Assembly: GCA_937968065.1 (NCBI GenBank)
Contig: CALBUD010000001.1
Location: 1 to 19,964 of the forward strand
Length of the DNA stretch: 19,964 nt
Direction: 5' to 3'
DNA from: Candidatus Iainarchaeum sp.
GTDB taxonomy: Archaea; Iainarchaeota; Iainarchaeia; Iainarchaeales; CSSED10-239
Part shown: one piece after another, positions 15,545 to 19,964 of the stretch
How the letters are laid out: every line of letters begins with the position of its first letter
Position numbering within the stretch: position 1 is the stretch's first letter
Notes under the pieces: generated by a model
Seen by the model: only the letters and a program-made list of their open reading frames with translations
Told to the model about the DNA's origin: nothing
The model's database searches: none
Made by a program: the position numbers and the translations under genes

Positions 15545-15556
15545 TGGTGTTATTTT

Positions 15557-15721
15557 ATGAAATTAAAACAAATGAAAAATACAAATCAAGGTCCAAGTAG
15601 TGTAATTGGAATAATGAAATTTAATGAAAGCATGGGTGGATATAAACTATCCCCTGAAATGATTATTGGTTTATCATTAGGTTTTGTTGTAGTTATATTA
15701 ATTTTAAAAATGTTTATTTAA
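15557..15721 (+). CDS. secG: protein translocase subunit Sec61 beta (archaeal SecG)
   Basis: Not in the ORF track (54 aa). Manual translation gives MKLKQMKNTNQGPSSVIGIMKFNESMGGYKLSPEMIIGLSLGFVVVILILKMFI. This fits the archaeal Sec61beta pattern: an S.(A/I)G(L/I)..(Y/F).(D/N)E block, then a conserved Pro, then one C-terminal TM. GGTG sits 7-8 nt upstream of the ATG. Confidence 0.75.
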   Translation: MKLKQMKNTNQGPSSVIGIMKFNESMGGYKLSPEMIIGLSLGFVVVILILKMFI

Positions 15722-17547
15722 TTAGGTTTTATTAAAACCTTTACAATTTCTTCTTCTCCATTTTGATTTAGATATTTTGAGATTCTTTCAAATAATTTAA
15801 AATTTCCTACAAATCCATAATTTCCAATTTCAATATTTTCTTTATTATTAAAAATATTTATATAATAATCATCTTCATTATCTTCATTATTTATGTTATA
15901 ATCTTGTATTTTTTCATATGTTATTAATGTTTCTTTTTCTTTATAAAAATTAACAATTGGATTTTCTTGTATTTCTTCTCTAATTCTTGATTTAACAATT
16001 GTTTTTCTATCACAATCATATATTTTTAGATTTCCATTTGTAATCTCAATTAAACAATTTGTTTTTCTATTATTAATATCTAAAAAATTAAATAACAAAT
16101 ATTTATTTTCTAATTTATTGATTATTTGTATGTTTTGTTCAGTTTCAAATGATTTGTCTGAAAATAAAAGTGAATCGTTTATAGTTGTTACATTAATAAC
16201 ATTGTTTGGTATTCTGACCTCGTGATTTATAAGATCATCTTCACTTGTATTTTCAATTTCTAATCTATAAAGGTTATTTCCTAAATTATAAACAGTTACG
16301 TCTGGATTTGTTTGAGAGTTATAATCTTTTAAAAAAGAATCTTCTGGTTGAAATCCATCTGTTTTTTTAAGATAAATTGTTTTCATACTATTTTGGTCAA
16401 TATCCATATTTATCCAGATATAAAAAGATTCATCTTCTTCTATTTCATAATCATAATGATTTATTTGTAAGTCTTCTAAGATAATTTCAATTTCTTCATC
16501 TTCTTCTATAATTATTAAAAATTCAGGAGTGTTTGGAAAACCTATAAATTTATGTTCATTTAAAGAATTTTTTATAACTACAGGGTGATTTTCTTTTAAA
16601 GAATAGTTTAAAGTGTCTTGATAGTTAAGAGTTATTTTTCCAAAAGTTTCTCTATTATAAAATAAATCTATTTCAATATTATTGTTATCTATTAAAAAAT
16701 CATAATAATTAGTTTGAATTTTTGCATCTTCAATAAGTGAGTTATCAAAAAATAAAGTTAATCTGTCAATATAATGTTCTTGTTTATTTTTAATAATTAT
16801 TTTTCCTGAGTTTATAGAACTTTGTGTATTATTATTTATTTGATAATCATTTATCTTACATTCAGCCTCTCCTAAAAAATTACTTTTAAAATTAAAATTA
16901 ATATACCAATAATCATCTAAATTAACATCTACATTATCAATTAGATAAAGTCCACTTATATTTTTGTCATACAATTTTAAATTATTTTCTTTTAGTTCAC
17001 ATAAAGAATAATTATCATTATCTTGATAATTAAAATAAATATTTACATCCACCGGTTCAATTATATATTCTCCAAAAATATTTGAATAATTTTGTTTACT
17101 TTCAATAGTAGTGTCTTCAAAAGCATAAGCTTCTCCTTCAAAATTAATTATCTCTCCACTAATAATTTCTATATTTTTAAGATTATTAGTATCTAAAAAA
17201 GATTCTTTAAAAATATTTGTTTTTGTTGGAATTTCTAAAGAATTAAAATTATAAAATTTAGAGTTATTTAAAATTGTTCCATAAAGATAATCATCTTCTA
17301 TAACATAATTACTATTTGCTCTTCCATAATTATTATCTAATAATAAAAGATAAGTTTGATTATAATTACTATCTGTATAAAAATTATAAATAATTATGTT
17401 ATCTATTAACTTTGAAAAAACTAAATTTGAAAATTGTGCATCTTCTTGAAAAGAAGTTTCTGGTAGAAATTTAGGGATGGCTGTAATTACAGCTAAAATA
17501 ACAAAAACAAATATTACAAAAGAAACTATCCAGTCTATATGCTCCAT
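15718..17547 (-). CDS. large N-terminally anchored Asn/Ile/Tyr/Asp/Glu-rich extracellular protein, no recognisable family
   Basis: 609-aa uninterrupted ORF. The N-terminal helix is MEHIDWIVSFVIFVFVILAVITAIPKF. The remainder is hydrophilic and beta-prone. Starts 12 nt after the stop of the upstream 491-aa gene. Confidence 0.65.
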   Translation of the reverse strand: MEHIDWIVSFVIFVFVILAVITAIPKFLPETSFQEDAQFSNLVFSKLIDNIIIYNFYTDSNYNQTYLLLLDNNYGRANSNYVIEDDYLYGTILNNSKFYNFNSLEIPTKTNIFKESFLDTNNLKNIEIISGEIINFEGEAYAFEDTTIESKQNYSNIFGEYIIEPVDVNIYFNYQDNDNYSLCELKENNLKLYDKNISGLYLIDNVDVNLDDYWYINFNFKSNFLGEAECKINDYQINNNTQSSINSGKIIIKNKQEHYIDRLTLFFDNSLIEDAKIQTNYYDFLIDNNNIEIDLFYNRETFGKITLNYQDTLNYSLKENHPVVIKNSLNEHKFIGFPNTPEFLIIIEEDEEIEIILEDLQINHYDYEIEEDESFYIWINMDIDQNSMKTIYLKKTDGFQPEDSFLKDYNSQTNPDVTVYNLGNNLYRLEIENTSEDDLINHEVRIPNNVINVTTINDSLLFSDKSFETEQNIQIINKLENKYLLFNFLDINNRKTNCLIEITNGNLKIYDCDRKTIVKSRIREEIQENPIVNFYKEKETLITYEKIQDYNINNEDNEDDYYINIFNNKENIEIGNYGFVGNFKLFERISKYLNQNGEEEIVKVLIKPN

Positions 17548-17559
17548 ATTTATTCAAAA

Positions 17560-19035
17560 TTATTCTACAGTTATTGTAAGATTGTTTGTAATAATGTTTG
17601 TTTCTTCCATTCTAAATGGATGTTTGTACTCCACAACAATATTACACATTCTAATATTATTTATAAGATTACCTATAAGGTTAGGATCAATAGCACTAAC
17701 ATTTACTAAAATTTCTGGTTTTGTATTTCTATTAACTTTCATATTTAAAAGTGCATTTTCAGATATGAAAATAAAATTATTACAATCTTTTCTAATAGGA
17801 TCAAGATCTAAAACTTCAATTGAAGCAATATCTATATCAATTGTACTTTTATTATCAAGAGTTAGTCTTAATATTTCAACATTTGTGACATTATTATTCA
17901 CATCATACTTTAGTTTAACATCTGTTTTATTTAAACTTGTTGTAAAACTTATGTTTGGTTCTTTAATAGTTATTGTTATTGGAATTTCTTTTACTTCTCT
18001 AAAAACAGAACTATTAAATATTAATTTTCCTTCTAAACTATCATCTCTTGCAGTCTGTGGAACTGATATTGATATACTTTTTGTTTCATTTTTAGACGCA
18101 TCTACAAATATGTTTCCTAAAGGATATGTAAACCAAGAATTTACATCTTCATTATTGTTACTTGTAATTTCTAAAGATAAAGTTAAATCAGGAATTGAAA
18201 TTTTATTTCTGGAATTATTTATTGTTATGTTATAATTTTTATTTTCTCCACTTTTTATTTCTCCAGATAAATTTCCTGTAATAGGTACGTTTGGTTCTTC
18301 TATAATTTCAAAATTTATTTTTTTTTCTTGTTCTTTATATTTTACTCGTACACTAATGTTATTAGTTTTCTTTTTAGTATCTTGCACAATATATCTTAAA
18401 CTTATTTTATCTTCTGTTAAAGGATATAATAAAGCATCTTGTTTACTTATCGGGTCGTTATAAAAATCAACAGTTATAAAATCCCATTCTTTAATATCTC
18501 CCTCTATAATTAAATCATCTACATTATAAGTTGTTGTTTGAGAGGTATTTTCATAATAAATTTCTAAAATTGCTGTTTGTCCAACATATACTTTTTCAGG
18601 AAAAACAATATTCTTAATATTAATAGGAATATTTTTTTCTAAAGTTACTGTTTCAAGTTTTATTTTTGTGCTTTTAAGATCAATTTCTTTTTTTAATTGA
18701 TTATATCCAGTTGCTTGAACACTATAATGATAATTTCCTTTTTTTATTTTTGTAATTTCGTTATTTGATAAAGTTTTAATCACGTTTGTAATCATTGGAT
18801 CTTTTGAAATTCTAATAACTGAAGGAATCACATCTCCTTCTGTGTTCTTAACATCAAAACTTACTTCTACTTGATTTAAAAATAAAAAACTAACGGCATA
18901 ATAGATTCCAAAACCAATAAGCAAAATAACTAAAATAACTGTTATCATCTGATTATTGTGTTTATTTGGTTTATCTTTATAACTATCTGAATAATAACTA
19001 TTATTTCCTGAAAAAGGATCAAAATCTTTACTCAT
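17560..19035 (-). CDS. bitopic membrane protein: ~29-aa cytoplasmic N-tail, one TM, ~430-aa ectodomain of Ig/PEGA/CARDB-like beta-sandwich repeats
   Basis: 491 aa. TM is MITVILVILLIGFGIYYAVSFLFL. KGNYHYSVQATGYNQLKKEIDL resembles the PEGA/carboxypeptidase-regulatory-like pattern, and PEKVYVGQTAILEIYYENTS resembles CARDB-like domains; both are pattern-level resemblances only. The start codon directly abuts the upstream stop (TAAATG). Confidence 0.65.
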   Translation of the reverse strand: MSKDFDPFSGNNSYYSDSYKDKPNKHNNQMITVILVILLIGFGIYYAVSFLFLNQVEVSFDVKNTEGDVIPSVIRISKDPMITNVIKTLSNNEITKIKKGNYHYSVQATGYNQLKKEIDLKSTKIKLETVTLEKNIPINIKNIVFPEKVYVGQTAILEIYYENTSQTTTYNVDDLIIEGDIKEWDFITVDFYNDPISKQDALLYPLTEDKISLRYIVQDTKKKTNNISVRVKYKEQEKKINFEIIEEPNVPITGNLSGEIKSGENKNYNITINNSRNKISIPDLTLSLEITSNNNEDVNSWFTYPLGNIFVDASKNETKSISISVPQTARDDSLEGKLIFNSSVFREVKEIPITITIKEPNISFTTSLNKTDVKLKYDVNNNVTNVEILRLTLDNKSTIDIDIASIEVLDLDPIRKDCNNFIFISENALLNMKVNRNTKPEILVNVSAIDPNLIGNLINNIRMCNIVVEYKHPFRMEETNIITNNLTITVE

Positions 19036-19872
19036 TTATTTTACCTCATTTGCTTTTGATAAAGCATATCGTGTACTTAAAAGTTCGTCTTTAAGTTCTT
19101 TTATAAGTTCTAATGCAATTTTTTCTTTTTCATTATTACTTCTGTTAATTTCATTAACATCGTTATTTAATTTTTTAATAACTCTATACATTTCTGTAAT
19201 TTCATTCTCAACTTTTATTAAATGAACATTAAGTAATGTTGAATTTTTTTCATTAATTTTTATTTTTTTAATTAATTCATTTTCAAGATTAGTTACAAGT
19301 GATTCTTTTGCTTTTTCTTTTGCTGAAAGCCATTTATAATCTTGTATTTTTTTAGTAAGCTCTCTTATTGAGTTTTCTTTTTCACTAATTATTCTTAATA
19401 GTTCTTCTATTGATTTTTTTTGAGTTAAAATATTTAAATATTTATGTTTTATTTTTTCTTTAGCATCTTCTACAAAAGAATTAAATAAATTTATTTCGTT
19501 TTTTATTTCTTCTTCTAAATCATAGAATATTTGTGGTCTTGTAATTGCTTCTTTAATATTTATTAACTCGTGATTTATTTCTTTTTTGTTTATTTCAAGA
19601 AAAATTTGAGAGTTAATTTTATTTGATATCATTAAAAAATTTTGATAAAAAAGATCCATTTTAGACCCAATTAATTCTGAGGAATACTGTATTGCAGTAT
19701 ATTTATTAATTTCTAGTATTTTTCTTGCAAGAAGATCTATATTTTCTTTTAAATAGTTTAATTTTTCAATAAGTTCTTTTTTTTCTAGTTTATATAAAGG
19801 AGTTGACATTTCTCTATAAATCTCTCTTGATTTTAATAGAACTTCATCTAAATATTCAAGTATATTTTTCAT
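19036..19872 (-). CDS. soluble all-helical coiled-coil protein, first gene of the three-gene module
   Basis: 278 aa, rich in K/E/I/L/N with long heptad-like stretches. No TM and no nucleotide-binding motif. Its stop abuts the ATG of the next gene. Confidence 0.6.
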   Translation of the reverse strand: MKNILEYLDEVLLKSREIYREMSTPLYKLEKKELIEKLNYLKENIDLLARKILEINKYTAIQYSSELIGSKMDLFYQNFLMISNKINSQIFLEINKKEINHELINIKEAITRPQIFYDLEEEIKNEINLFNSFVEDAKEKIKHKYLNILTQKKSIEELLRIISEKENSIRELTKKIQDYKWLSAKEKAKESLVTNLENELIKKIKINEKNSTLLNVHLIKVENEITEMYRVIKKLNNDVNEINRSNNEKEKIALELIKELKDELLSTRYALSKANEVK

Positions 19873-19964
19873 ATCTTCTCATCTATATATAATATAATAA
19901 TTTAATAAACATATCTTTTTTTAAAAATTATATAATATTCTATATATTAGCTTAAAAAAACCTT

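Noticed and set aside
17477-18235. 252-aa plus-strand ORF, surprisingly long for AT-rich DNA
   Set aside because: It lies entirely antisense to the 609-aa and 491-aa minus-strand genes and runs straight across their intergenic spacer. Its L/I/F/S/T-rich composition is what the reverse complement of K/N/E/I-rich codons produces. It has no SD-like motif. I treat it as a shadow ORF.
1-19964. CRISPR arrays, tRNA/rRNA genes, transposases, integrases, reverse transcriptase/DGR or toxin-antitoxin pairs
   Set aside because: There are no regularly spaced direct repeats. There are no GC-rich islands of the kind structured RNAs form in an AT-rich genome. There are no DDE, tyrosine-recombinase or RT motifs in any frame. 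Intergenic space is too small to hide them.

Overview
This is a very AT-rich, tightly packed archaeal chromosome segment with no rRNA, tRNA, CRISPR array, transposase or integrase visible. Archaeal identity rests on a family-B DNA polymerase, FtsZ, a secE(Sec61gamma)-spt5-rpl11 cluster, Sec61beta, a type-2 methionine aminopeptidase and an e2b2-type ribose-1,5-bisphosphate isomerase. The base composition, short intergenic regions and overlapping stop codons suggest a small-genome, DPANN-like archaeon; that is inference only. Positions 1-11182 are mostly plus-strand housekeeping genes interleaved with a few secreted or membrane proteins. Two real genes fall below the ORF-track size cutoff: SecE at 6258..6422 and Sec61beta at 15557..15721. 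Positions 11179-19872 hold the most interesting region: eight minus-strand genes of which only one has a recognisable family, a FlaI/PilB-type secretion ATPase with a long K/E-rich N-terminal extension. The other seven are two pilin/FlaF-FlaG-like small proteins, three N-terminally anchored Asn-rich surface proteins and two soluble coiled-coil proteins. No PilC/FlaJ platform protein or prepilin peptidase lies in the window. I read this as a non-canonical type IV filament-like surface-appendage or attachment locus. Secondary observations: (1) the polymerase has a remodelled nucleotide pocket, with motif A SLYPS replaced by SYHIS and the motif B Asn replaced by Ala; (2) all three convergent gene junctions share a TTAA double-stop overlap; (3) a consistent GGTGAT-type Shine-Dalgarno motif lets several start codons be revised.
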